In this document: one piece after another, positions 46,484 to 55,935 of the stretch
Position numbering within the stretch: position 1 is the first letter of the stretch
Layout of the letters: the number at the start of each line of letters is the position of its first letter
Origin: a virus
Reading direction: 5' to 3' (one strand)
Virus record (IMG/VR): IMGVR_UViG_3300042450_002433
Span: 1 to 64,000 of that record
DNA length: 64,000 nt
Notes under the pieces: generated by a model
The model's input: the letters and a program-made list of their open reading frames with translations, nothing else
The model's database searches: none
What the model was told of the DNA's origin: nothing
Translations under genes and position numbers: made by a program

Positions 46484-47299
46484 ATGAGTTTACCTTCATT
46501 AGTCATTGGTAAAACCTCTCAATTATCACAGTATTTTCCCAATGAATTTGTAAAAATTTCATCTAGAAACTTAAACCTAGATGAACTATCAAAACAAAGA
46601 TGGGGAACTGTGTTTCTATGTTTTGCAGAACAGCGAACATATCTTGCCAATTCAAAAGAAGATTCTGTTGAAAATTTATTTTGGAATATTAACAAGAATT
46701 TGGTTGAAGAAGTTATTCAATGCCTCACTAATGTTAGTGATAAAATCATATATTATTCAACTGCGGAATTGTGGAATAAATGTAACGGGGAAATATGTTT
46801 AGATTTGCCTTTCGATTTCCACAGCAACCACTACACCAATTCAAAGTGTGTAATCACCCGAGAGTTGCAGAACAAAGAGAAGTATCCAAAGGTTTCGATT
46901 GCATACCCATTCAACTTCAACAGCATCCACAGAGGTGATCAGTATCTCTTCGGCAAAGTGTTCAAGTCGATCCTCACTGGCGAGAAGATCACCGTTGGGG
47001 ACATCGACTACTACAGGGAACTCCTGCACCCTGAGATGGTCGTGCATGCAAGTATGTACTACACGGAGCAGGGTAAGGATCTGATCATTGGTTCGGGACG
47101 CTTGGTTCACATTGGTGACTTCATCAGAAGACTGTACGAATTCTTTGGGATGAGGTTTGACAGCATGGTGAAACAAGAGTACAATTCGCTATCGATCTAT
47201 CGCTCTAACATCTTCTACTCCTCTACTCATGTTCCCGAGTACGATGAGAGGAAACTTTTCAACATCATCACAAGGGAACTTGCCGAAATCAAAGGATGA
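46484..47299 (+). CDS. NAD-dependent epimerase/reductase-like (atypical SDR)
   Basis: LVIGKTSQL, YYST.E, Y..SK, PFNFNS, RELLH, IGSG. Confidence 0.7.
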   Translation: MSLPSLVIGKTSQLSQYFPNEFVKISSRNLNLDELSKQRWGTVFLCFAEQRTYLANSKEDSVENLFWNINKNLVEEVIQCLTNVSDKIIYYSTAELWNKCNGEICLDLPFDFHSNHYTNSKCVITRELQNKEKYPKVSIAYPFNFNSIHRGDQYLFGKVFKSILTGEKITVGDIDYYRELLHPEMVVHASMYYTEQGKDLIIGSGRLVHIGDFIRRLYEFFGMRFDSMVKQEYNSLSIYRSNIFYSSTHVPEYDERKLFNIITRELAEIKG

Positions 47300-47658
47300 A
47301 CACTATGAACACCCAATCAATCGCAAACGAAATCGAAAACAAAATCATCGAGAAGGTTCGTGAGACCCTTTCCAAAAGAACTCTCCCCGATCTCCCCGAC
47401 AACTTGGTCGCCACAGACAACATGGGTGAGGTGATCGAGAAACTGTGCATCCTCCATATCCGCACATGGCTGCTAGAGGACATGGTTGGTGTCGCCAAGA
47501 CCGATGAAGAGGTTGCCGCCCTCAAGCGCAAGATCGACATCTGTTTCAAGCAGAAGCGTCCTCAGTACATTCAGGCAATCAACCGCATGATCGATGAGTC
47601 AATCGTGAAGGGCAAGAGCCTCGTTGAGGATTCCGTCAAGATCTACAGGGGGAACTGA
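47296..47658 (+). CDS. small helical protein (DUF4254-like)
   Basis: GEVIEKL.ILHIR.W.LED. Confidence 0.55.
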   Translation: MNTMNTQSIANEIENKIIEKVRETLSKRTLPDLPDNLVATDNMGEVIEKLCILHIRTWLLEDMVGVAKTDEEVAALKRKIDICFKQKRPQYIQAINRMIDESIVKGKSLVEDSVKIYRGN

Positions 47659-47662
47659 ATCG

Positions 47663-48838
47663 ATGAAGCAGCCAATCACCTTGGTTGGGGACACGATTGG
47701 TCAGGACGATATCTCGTCTCTGATTGCATGGCTACACACCAATCCCCGCCTGACTAAAGGGATCAACACAGTCGAGTTTGAACAGGAATGGAGTCATTGG
47801 CTTGGCTGCAAGTATTCCGTCTTCGTCAACTCAGGCTCTTCGGCTAACCTAGCGATCTTCTACGGTCTCATTCTTTCGAACAGGCTGAAGAACAAGAAGG
47901 TTGTGTTCCCATGCCTGTCTTGGGTCACTACCGTTGCACCAGCCATTCAATTAGGTCTTGAGCCAATCCTCTGCGATTCGGATAGCAATCTAGGAATCGA
48001 CACCGAGAAGTTCGAGGAGATCTGCAAGCGAGACAACCCTGCCGCCCTGATGGTTGTGCATGCATTAGGCTTTCCCAACGACATGAAGCGGCTACAGGAG
48101 ATCTGCACCAAGTACGGTGTCATCCTGTTGGAGGACTCGTGCGAGAGCGTGGGTACGACCGTGTGTGGGAAGAAGACTGGTGCCATCGGTTTGGCTTCAT
48201 CGTTCAGCACCTATTATGGTCACCACTTCTCCACGATTGAGGGTGGCTTCATCTGCACGGATGACTATGAGTTGTACAGCATCTTTAAGAGCATTCGCTC
48301 TCATGGTTGGTCTAGAGATTTAGATGAGGTATCCCGAAAAAATCTACAACTAAAATATGGCATAGATGACTTTAGAAACTTATACACATTCTATTATCCT
48401 GGATTCAATCTGCGATCCACAGATCTACAAGCATATATCGGAAGATTGCAACTTAAAAAACTTGACAGATTTTGCAATACTCGTTGGGAGAATCTAAAGT
48501 TATATGATAGTCTAATTGTGAATGATGAGTGGAAAATAGATATTAGCAAATTTGAATTTGTTTCCAATTTTGCATATCCAATCATCCATTCTCATTCATC
48601 CGAGATTGTCAATCTATTGACAAGTAATCTTGTGGAATGTAGACCTCTTATTGCAGGAAATATATACCGTCAACCATTCTTTTATGAAAAATTTGGAAAT
48701 CCTCTTTTTGAATATCCATTTGCAGACAGAATCCATGATCACGGGATATACCTTCCAAATAACGCAGATATTACCAAGGAAGATATTCATTTAACATGTT
48801 CTATCATAAACTCTATCACAACAAATCACAAGCAATAA
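47663..48838 (+). CDS. DegT/DnrJ family PLP enzyme, ColD-type sugar 3-dehydratase
   Basis: VNSGSSAN, LEDSCES, SFSTYYGHHFSTIEGG (His in place of the Schiff-base Lys). Confidence 0.88.
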   Translation: MKQPITLVGDTIGQDDISSLIAWLHTNPRLTKGINTVEFEQEWSHWLGCKYSVFVNSGSSANLAIFYGLILSNRLKNKKVVFPCLSWVTTVAPAIQLGLEPILCDSDSNLGIDTEKFEEICKRDNPAALMVVHALGFPNDMKRLQEICTKYGVILLEDSCESVGTTVCGKKTGAIGLASSFSTYYGHHFSTIEGGFICTDDYELYSIFKSIRSHGWSRDLDEVSRKNLQLKYGIDDFRNLYTFYYPGFNLRSTDLQAYIGRLQLKKLDRFCNTRWENLKLYDSLIVNDEWKIDISKFEFVSNFAYPIIHSHSSEIVNLLTSNLVECRPLIAGNIYRQPFFYEKFGNPLFEYPFADRIHDHGIYLPNNADITKEDIHLTCSIINSITTNHKQ

Positions 48839-48860
48839 CAAAAAGAAATGGATTAAATAA

Positions 48861-49487
48861 ATGAGTGACATTATACTGACAATTGCAATCCCATCTATCC
48901 CTTCTCGTATTCGTATGAATCTAGAGCCATTATTTTCTCGCCTAATGACGCAGATTGGTTCTCGTAAAGATGTAGAGGTAATTTCACTTCTTGATAATAG
49001 GAGCATGAGTATTGCAAGCAAAAGAAAGAAACTCTTAGATATATCGAGAGGAAAGTTTTGTACTTTCCTGGATGACGATGATGATTTTGCCCCAAGTTAT
49101 ATTGACGATGTGACATCTGCGATTGTAGCAAACAGTAATGTTGATGTTATTTGCTACAATCAACAAGCATTTATTGAGAATGTGGAGTATCTTGTTACCA
49201 CAGATATTGATGCACCGATTAATCCTTTTGACCAATTACCAACAACACCAAGAGACAAAAGTGGGAATTTTATCCCATGCCGCCGTCCACCGTGGATATG
49301 GTGCGCTTGGAATGTTAATCTATTAAGATCTATTGATTTTGGAGATTCATCGTTTGGTGAGGATGCAAACTTTATTGCTTCTGTTATGCCAAAAGTAAAA
49401 ACACAGTTTACAATCCCAAAGCCTCTGCACATATACAGATGGTCAAGTACTACCACATCAGTAACTGCTCCTTGGAGTAACCATTGA
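48861..49487 (+). CDS. GT2 glycosyltransferase
   Basis: LTIAIPS, FLDDDD, FGED; paralog of 44998. Confidence 0.85.
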   Translation: MSDIILTIAIPSIPSRIRMNLEPLFSRLMTQIGSRKDVEVISLLDNRSMSIASKRKKLLDISRGKFCTFLDDDDDFAPSYIDDVTSAIVANSNVDVICYNQQAFIENVEYLVTTDIDAPINPFDQLPTTPRDKSGNFIPCRRPPWIWCAWNVNLLRSIDFGDSSFGEDANFIASVMPKVKTQFTIPKPLHIYRWSSTTTSVTAPWSNH

Positions 49488-49611
49488 TTAATAAAGTAGA
49501 AAAGCCATGGGGATCGTATGAAACCATCTATTGTGATAAATGATAGCAAGCCTGATATGACTGATACTGCTGAAGCAATTGTTGTAATACGAAATAAAGG
49601 AATTAAAAACA

Positions 49612-50388
49612 TTGAACTCTGAAAATAATAAAAACTGCTCCCTCTTTGTCGTATTTCATTCTCGCCTACACGAAGAGCAATATCTAGGGAACGAGGTAGC
49701 ATATACCTTTGTCAAAGTTGGCGATATGCCCACACAAATAACATCACCAAAGATTCGTGAAGGAGTTATTGAGTGTTGTAATATGTCTGGGTTTGTGAAT
49801 AAGGGGAAGCATTGGGCAGAGTCTGAATTTTTGATCTCTCTATACCATACCCTTAAGAAAAATCCAAACTATCTAAACGGTAGTCGTTGGGTTGGATTTT
49901 TACAATATGACCATACATGCACTTCTAGAAAGGGAGAGAATCTCCTTGCCCACCTACAAGAAAATCTAGAACAAATAGGAGACGAAAAGGTTGTATGTTT
50001 TGCCCCAATTGATTTGGCTACTGAAATTAATTCAAATCACATTGCAATGGATTTTTCAAATCCACAAAAACTTCGAGGAGATCCCCTCTGTTATTTCCCA
50101 ATGATTGCAGACTATAATAAGTTCTATGGAACGAACCATAAATATATAGACTTCACTAGGAACAAATCTATTGCACTGTGTTCGGCTTTTGTTATCAGTA
50201 CCGTAAATTTCATGAAGATGATGGAATTTGTAATATGGGCTGCTGACAAAAACAACTTAGATCAATTTGATCCTGAACGAAAGCATCGTCTTGCAGGAGG
50301 TCTCATGGAACGATACTACGGCACATGGATTGCATTGTCGGGTATTGAACTTGTTGAATTTCCTTTAGGGGAATTGACACATCTATGA
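49612..50388 (+). CDS. hypothetical protein, possible glycosyltransferase
   Basis: WVGFLQYDH and MERY motifs; start uncertain. Confidence 0.55.
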   Translation: MNSENNKNCSLFVVFHSRLHEEQYLGNEVAYTFVKVGDMPTQITSPKIREGVIECCNMSGFVNKGKHWAESEFLISLYHTLKKNPNYLNGSRWVGFLQYDHTCTSRKGENLLAHLQENLEQIGDEKVVCFAPIDLATEINSNHIAMDFSNPQKLRGDPLCYFPMIADYNKFYGTNHKYIDFTRNKSIALCSAFVISTVNFMKMMEFVIWAADKNNLDQFDPERKHRLAGGLMERYYGTWIALSGIELVEFPLGELTHL

Positions 50389-50453
50389 TATCATATCACA
50401 AACTTAACCCCATAAAGATTTAATCTCAGCCCGACATCATAGAACCCAAAACC

Positions 50454-51383
50454 ATGACAAATTCTACCTTTAAAACTTCCTATATCACCCCCCATTCAAT
50501 ACAGTCAATCGTTTTTCAGAACTCTCCAATTGGCTTTGGATCTACATTAATCCACCTTATCGGATTGGTAGAGTATTGTGTTCGACATGAAATTGATTTT
50601 CAATTTGATCGGCGTGGAATATTGTCATTGTATCTAGATGGATCTGAAGATCCATGGCAAAGAGTTTTTGGTGATGATTCTTTCAAAGATGTTAAATTTA
50701 ATCATTCTCGCAAGCACTCAGTTTTTGTTAGTTTGCCCCATTCTTTTCCTTTTTTTACATATATGCAAGTGTGTGATGACAAGACTCTGTTTATTTCAGA
50801 CAAATGGGCAAGAAAATTCAATCCAATTATCAAAGACTTTTTGCCTTTGTCTGCTGAAATGAAAGAGCAAATACAAAAGGACAAAGAATATGTTATGGTT
50901 GGAAATGTTCTTGGCGTTCATCTGAGAGGAACAGATTCAACGAATCATGGAAAAGCAGTATCACTGGAAGATCGTATAGAACAAATCAAAACCTATATGA
51001 TTGATAAAAATTATGACCGAATTTTTCTAATGACTGATGAATCAAGTTACTTAACCAAAGCAATCCAAGTTTTTGGAGATAAATTGGTTTTCCTTCGGGA
51101 TGTTAAAAGAAGTGAAAGCAATTTGTCGCTACATCATCACAGAAATCTTCCAATTGGATTAAAACTTCTATATGATATTGTTAGGGAAATGAATATCCTT
51201 TCAATGTGTAATGGTCAAGTGCTTGGAAGAAGTGGAGTTTCTGCGGTCATTCGATGCATGAATCCCGATGTTCCTTATAAAGTATTTGATGATCCAAATC
51301 TACCCAAACACGATCTTGCTGCTTGGAAAAATAAATTGTCTGAAGAACAAAATGTTTCATATACAACTTTGGAGTATCAATAA
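50454..51383 (+). CDS. NodZ/GT23-like fucosyl (or colitosyl) transferase
   Basis: GFGS, LGVHLRGTD, IFLMTD, E..ILS.C...S.VS. Confidence 0.8.
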   Translation: MTNSTFKTSYITPHSIQSIVFQNSPIGFGSTLIHLIGLVEYCVRHEIDFQFDRRGILSLYLDGSEDPWQRVFGDDSFKDVKFNHSRKHSVFVSLPHSFPFFTYMQVCDDKTLFISDKWARKFNPIIKDFLPLSAEMKEQIQKDKEYVMVGNVLGVHLRGTDSTNHGKAVSLEDRIEQIKTYMIDKNYDRIFLMTDESSYLTKAIQVFGDKLVFLRDVKRSESNLSLHHHRNLPIGLKLLYDIVREMNILSMCNGQVLGRSGVSAVIRCMNPDVPYKVFDDPNLPKHDLAAWKNKLSEEQNVSYTTLEYQ

Positions 51384-52108
51384 TGCTTAAACTACCTACC
51401 GTAACTGCTGTCTGCTTTGATGGAACTCTTGAGGGTAATCGTAGAGATAACCATATCAAAATTTTTGAAACCTTCAAAGATAAAATTGAATTTGGTGGAG
51501 GGATTAAGTATTTTTCTCATATAGATCCTAAATGTGAAGGGTTTGCCGATTACATCCACACAGACCCAATTCTGAATTTAGCAGAATATAGTGGAGTTGT
51601 AATTGATATTATGCCAAATCATGTGACTACAGATTTTGCAATGATTATTCATGACGATGGATTTCCTATCAACTTGCATCTTTGGAAACCTGAATTTCTA
51701 AATTTTGATTATATTGGTGCACCATGGGGATTAGAAGCAAACACATATCCACACCAATACTACAACAATCAAGTAGAGGGGGGAAATGGAGGGTTCTGTA
51801 TTAGATCTGCAAAACTAATGAAATTGGCACAATTTATCATGGACAAAATTGAACATCCTGCTAAAATTCGTGATAGAATTTCAAAAAATGCTTCATTCCA
51901 TGAAGATGGGTATATTTGTTATGAGATTCGCCACTTTTTAAAGCAACATGGATGTACCTTTGCACCATATAATCTTGCAAAACAATTTTCACTGGAAACT
52001 GTCCTTGAAGACGGGCCAAACGATATAACAAAAGTATTTGGCTTTCACGGAAAACGACACATCAATTTAGATCAGGCTATTGAAATTCTCAGTCAAACAA
52101 AAATTTAA
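51383..52108 (+). CDS. DUF5672-like GT-A protein
   Basis: HDDGF, FDYIGAPW, GNGGF.IRS, EDGY, FS.E, FGFHG. Confidence 0.8.
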   Translation: MLKLPTVTAVCFDGTLEGNRRDNHIKIFETFKDKIEFGGGIKYFSHIDPKCEGFADYIHTDPILNLAEYSGVVIDIMPNHVTTDFAMIIHDDGFPINLHLWKPEFLNFDYIGAPWGLEANTYPHQYYNNQVEGGNGGFCIRSAKLMKLAQFIMDKIEHPAKIRDRISKNASFHEDGYICYEIRHFLKQHGCTFAPYNLAKQFSLETVLEDGPNDITKVFGFHGKRHINLDQAIEILSQTKI

Positions 52109-52118
52109 GGTATAAACA

Positions 52119-52910
52119 ATGATTCCATCATACAGTATCACAATTCAAACATATCAATATCGTTTTGATTCATACTTCAAGGCTCTTCTTGCAAATGCTC
52201 ATCGCCAAAGACCAAATATTGAAAAAGTTATCTTTGTCAATGGGCAGCACAATCAGCAATTTGATGAAAATTATCGAAAGGGAATGACGCAGTATGTCTC
52301 AAATTTCCCCAACACTTTTTTAGTGATGTCCCCTTTCATGCGTGGATGTTCGTTCATGTGGAACACATCAATCAATTATACAAGTAACGACTATACCTTG
52401 GTATTGAGTGATGATATATCGTTTACGGATGGGTTCTTTGATGACTTTGAAAAGATATTAGAACACAATCATAATTTGGGGGATGAATCATTTCGAATTA
52501 ATACGCATTGGGGTCACTTCTGCATCTATCGTAAGGATGTGACAGACAAGAATCGTGTTGGATATTTTGACGAGAGACTTATTGGATTTGGAGAAGAGGA
52601 TGGGGATTGGATGTGGAGATTTCAGAGAAAATTCAATCGCCATATGAGAAACTTTGGTACTCCGAAGTTATTGAGTAACACCGACAACGATTGTCAACCT
52701 GGAAAGAATACAAGAACTCATAGTGGAACCAAATATAGTGCATACAATAAAGAGTTTCAATTTGGTCAAAAGATGGATATTGATCCTAATGGAACCAATA
52801 ATGCATGCGGAGTATATGGAAATTCTCCTCAAAAAATGAGAGAAGGAATGGATACTCCCGACATGTATCCAGGCGAAACTTGGTTCAGAAACAACATCGA
52901 TAAGTTATAA
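52119..52910 (+). CDS. GT2 glycosyltransferase
   Basis: WN, LSDDI, VGYFDER..GFGEED.D. Confidence 0.8.
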   Translation: MIPSYSITIQTYQYRFDSYFKALLANAHRQRPNIEKVIFVNGQHNQQFDENYRKGMTQYVSNFPNTFLVMSPFMRGCSFMWNTSINYTSNDYTLVLSDDISFTDGFFDDFEKILEHNHNLGDESFRINTHWGHFCIYRKDVTDKNRVGYFDERLIGFGEEDGDWMWRFQRKFNRHMRNFGTPKLLSNTDNDCQPGKNTRTHSGTKYSAYNKEFQFGQKMDIDPNGTNNACGVYGNSPQKMREGMDTPDMYPGETWFRNNIDKL

Positions 52911-52923
52911 GAGGAAGGCAATC

Positions 52924-53754
52924 ATGTTTTCAGTATATGGATCATCGGGCTTTATCGGAAGTAGATTCGTGGATATGTATCCAACAGAATCAATTGCAAT
53001 TGATCGGGAACAGAACAATCCCATGAGTGCTGATGTTTTGTACTTCATCAGCACAGCACACAACTACTATATTTTTGAAAAACCACATCTAGACATCGAT
53101 ACAAACCTCAACAAATTGATCGATGTATTAGAAGCGTTTCGATTAAACAATCCCAATGGAGTTTTTAATTTTATCAGTTCTTGGTTTGTATATGGTATGA
53201 ACTCCACAATGGACACCAAGGAATCTGATTATCCCGATCCAAGAGGATTTTATTCAATCACCAAACGAGCAGCAGAACAAATGCTCATGTGTTACTGTGA
53301 TACATATAACCTCAAATACAGAATCCTTCGAATGACAAACATCATTGGAGAAGGCGATAGGGGCGTATCCACAAAGAAAAACGCACTGCAACACATGATG
53401 GGATTGCTCAAGAAGAATGAGCCTGTCAGGTTATATGATGAAGGATCAAACATCAGAGACTATATGCATGTGGATGATGCCTGTAGGGCTATTCACTTAT
53501 GCATCAACAACTCACCAACAAACACAATAGTCAACATCAGCAATAGACAACCTGTAACTATAGGGGAACTTGTCAAATACAGTAAAGAAAAGATGGGATC
53601 TACTTCTGAAATTCAGTCGGTTGAAACCCCTGCTTCCCACAAAGTAGTGCAGTATGTTGCTGTATGTTTGAATAATGACAAATTGCTTTCATATGGATAT
53701 ACTCCATCCATAAATACACTGCAAGCAGTTGATCGTATTTTGAATTCCCTTTGA
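52924..53754 (+). CDS. NAD-dependent nucleotide-sugar epimerase/reductase
   Basis: GSSGFIG, ISS..VYG, YSITK, RDYMHVDD. Confidence 0.9.
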   Translation: MFSVYGSSGFIGSRFVDMYPTESIAIDREQNNPMSADVLYFISTAHNYYIFEKPHLDIDTNLNKLIDVLEAFRLNNPNGVFNFISSWFVYGMNSTMDTKESDYPDPRGFYSITKRAAEQMLMCYCDTYNLKYRILRMTNIIGEGDRGVSTKKNALQHMMGLLKKNEPVRLYDEGSNIRDYMHVDDACRAIHLCINNSPTNTIVNISNRQPVTIGELVKYSKEKMGSTSEIQSVETPASHKVVQYVAVCLNNDKLLSYGYTPSINTLQAVDRILNSL

Positions 53755-53764
53755 AAGGTATATT

Positions 53765-54658
53765 ATGAAACTCATTGTGACGGGTGGAAGAGGATTTATT
53801 GGCAGTCATTTTGTCGAGTTGGCACTTAAAAATGGTGACTCTATTATCGACTATGACTGCATGACATATTGTGCAAATGAAGTTTTGCCATTTGATGACA
53901 ATCCAAACTACAAGCATGTATCGGAAAACATCTGCGATATCACACATCTCCCATCATGTGATGTGTTGATCAATTTTGCTGCTGAGACTCATGTAGACAA
54001 CTCCATCAATGACACAACACCATTCTTGAAAAGTAATGTTGTTGGTGTTCACAATCTACTTGAGATTCTTCGTGGCAAGCCGAGCCATGAGAGACCGCTG
54101 TTTGTTCAGATCAGCACCGATGAGGTTTACGGAGACCGATCTGAGGGCGCATTCCAAGAGTCTGATAAACTGACTCCAAGTAATCCTTACTCTGCATCGA
54201 AGGCTGCTGCTGAGATGTTTGTCTTGGGCTATCATCGAACATATGGTATGAATTATTTAATCACTCGTAGTTCAAATAATTATGGAGAACGACAGTATTC
54301 TGAAAAACTGATTCCCAAGAGCCTCGAATGCATTCATACCAACAAGAAGATTCCGCTTCATGGAGATGGCTCTTATGTGCGAGATTGGATCTATGTAAAG
54401 GACAATGTGTCTGCAATTTACACACTCATTCAGGGTGGCGCAAAGAACGATGTCTTCAACATTGGCGCAAACAACCACATGACCAATTTAGAAGTTGCCC
54501 TTGACCTACTAGAGTCTTTCGGAAAGGGGAAAGAAGGAATACAGTTTGTTGACAATAGATGGGGACAGGATCTTAGATATTCTCTCAGCACAGACAAGAT
54601 TAATAAGTTTGGGTGGACTGCAAAGCAAACAAAAGGACTATTCAAATGGTGGAATTAA
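53765..54658 (+). CDS. rmlB: dTDP-glucose 4,6-dehydratase
   Basis: TGGRGFIG, AAETHVDNSI, STDEVYG, PYSASK, SNNYG, RDWIYV. Confidence 0.95.
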   Translation: MKLIVTGGRGFIGSHFVELALKNGDSIIDYDCMTYCANEVLPFDDNPNYKHVSENICDITHLPSCDVLINFAAETHVDNSINDTTPFLKSNVVGVHNLLEILRGKPSHERPLFVQISTDEVYGDRSEGAFQESDKLTPSNPYSASKAAAEMFVLGYHRTYGMNYLITRSSNNYGERQYSEKLIPKSLECIHTNKKIPLHGDGSYVRDWIYVKDNVSAIYTLIQGGAKNDVFNIGANNHMTNLEVALDLLESFGKGKEGIQFVDNRWGQDLRYSLSTDKINKFGWTAKQTKGLFKWWN

Positions 54659-54662
54659 TATA

Positions 54663-55211
54663 ATGCAAGTACAAAAATTGACAATTCCAGATGTGATTTG
54701 CTTCACGCCCAAGGTATTTGAAGATTCTCGGGGATTCTTCTACGAAAGTTTCAACGAGCGTGTATTTGAACAAGCACTTGGTCAATCCGCACCTCAATTT
54801 GTACAGGACAATCATTCACGCTCTGCAAAGGGCGTGTTGCGCGGACTGCACTACCAAACTAAGCAACAACCACAAGGAAAGTTAGTGCGTGTGTCGCAAG
54901 GAGAGGTGTTTGATGTTGCGGTGGATATCCGTAAGTCATCTCCCACATTTGGCAAGTGGGTAGGCGAAATTCTTTCCGCGCAGAACAAAAAGCAACTGTG
55001 GATCCCACCAGGATTTGCACATGGATTTTTAGTTCTCAGTGAAACCGCAGAATTCCTTTACAAGACCACAAATTTCTTTGCACCACAATTTGAGCGTTGC
55101 ATCGCATGGAACGATCCTCTTATTGGTATTGATTGGAAACTTGAAGGCATCGATCCCTTGTTGTCTGTCAAAGACATGCAAGGCAAACCATTAACAGACG
55201 CAGACTATTGA
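54663..55211 (+). CDS. rmlC: dTDP-4-dehydrorhamnose 3,5-epimerase
   Basis: DSRGFFYE, QDNHSRS..GVLRGLHYQ, QGKLVR, GFAHGF. Confidence 0.97.
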   Translation: MQVQKLTIPDVICFTPKVFEDSRGFFYESFNERVFEQALGQSAPQFVQDNHSRSAKGVLRGLHYQTKQQPQGKLVRVSQGEVFDVAVDIRKSSPTFGKWVGEILSAQNKKQLWIPPGFAHGFLVLSETAEFLYKTTNFFAPQFERCIAWNDPLIGIDWKLEGIDPLLSVKDMQGKPLTDADY

Positions 55212-55239
55212 CAAAAATTTTATAGAAAGACCATAACAA

Positions 55240-55869
55240 ATGAATCACATGACACCTATTAATCAAGGAACAAAAATGCAAAGCACACTCGATCAGATCT
55301 ATAGAACTCTTTACTATCAAAGTATTTGCCATCCAAACCATCACGATCTTCAGAACTCAGACAAGGGAACCCTTCACTCGTACATAGACTACTACGAATC
55401 CCTGTTTTCTTCTATCAGAGATAAACCAATTCGTTTATTGGAGATTGGGGTGCAGGGCGGTATCTCCCTTCTTATGTGGCGAGAGTACTTTCCAAATGCG
55501 GAGATTACGGGCATCGACATTGACCTAAGTACCTTGCAGGTGAAAGTCAAACAGGCGGCTTCGGCTGATAATCAAATTCGAATACTACAATTGGATGCTA
55601 CCTTACCAAGGGTAACTGATCATCTTTTGGGAAAGTACGATATCATTATTGATGATGGGTCTCATCAATTTGCCCATCAGATAGCAAGTTTCTTGATCTT
55701 AGAGGACTTTCTGAACAAAGATGGGCTGTATGTCATTGAAGATGTCCAAACAGAATCTGAGGCACAATATCTGAATAAGTTGATTCCCTCGTCAGAGATA
55801 GTTGATCTTCGCAAGGTCAAGAATCGATATGATGACCTGTTGGTTGTTCACAAGAAACAAAGCAAATGA
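55240..55869 (+). CDS. class I SAM-dependent (sugar O-)methyltransferase
   Basis: SDKG..HSY..YY, LLEIGV, IIIDDGSH, YVIED. Confidence 0.88.
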   Translation: MNHMTPINQGTKMQSTLDQIYRTLYYQSICHPNHHDLQNSDKGTLHSYIDYYESLFSSIRDKPIRLLEIGVQGGISLLMWREYFPNAEITGIDIDLSTLQVKVKQAASADNQIRILQLDATLPRVTDHLLGKYDIIIDDGSHQFAHQIASFLILEDFLNKDGLYVIEDVQTESEAQYLNKLIPSSEIVDLRKVKNRYDDLLVVHKKQSK

Positions 55870-55935
55870 TTTATTTGTTTTCATCTCTATAATGCCTTGC
55901 AAAACCTCGGCATTTGTGCTATACTATGAGAACCT

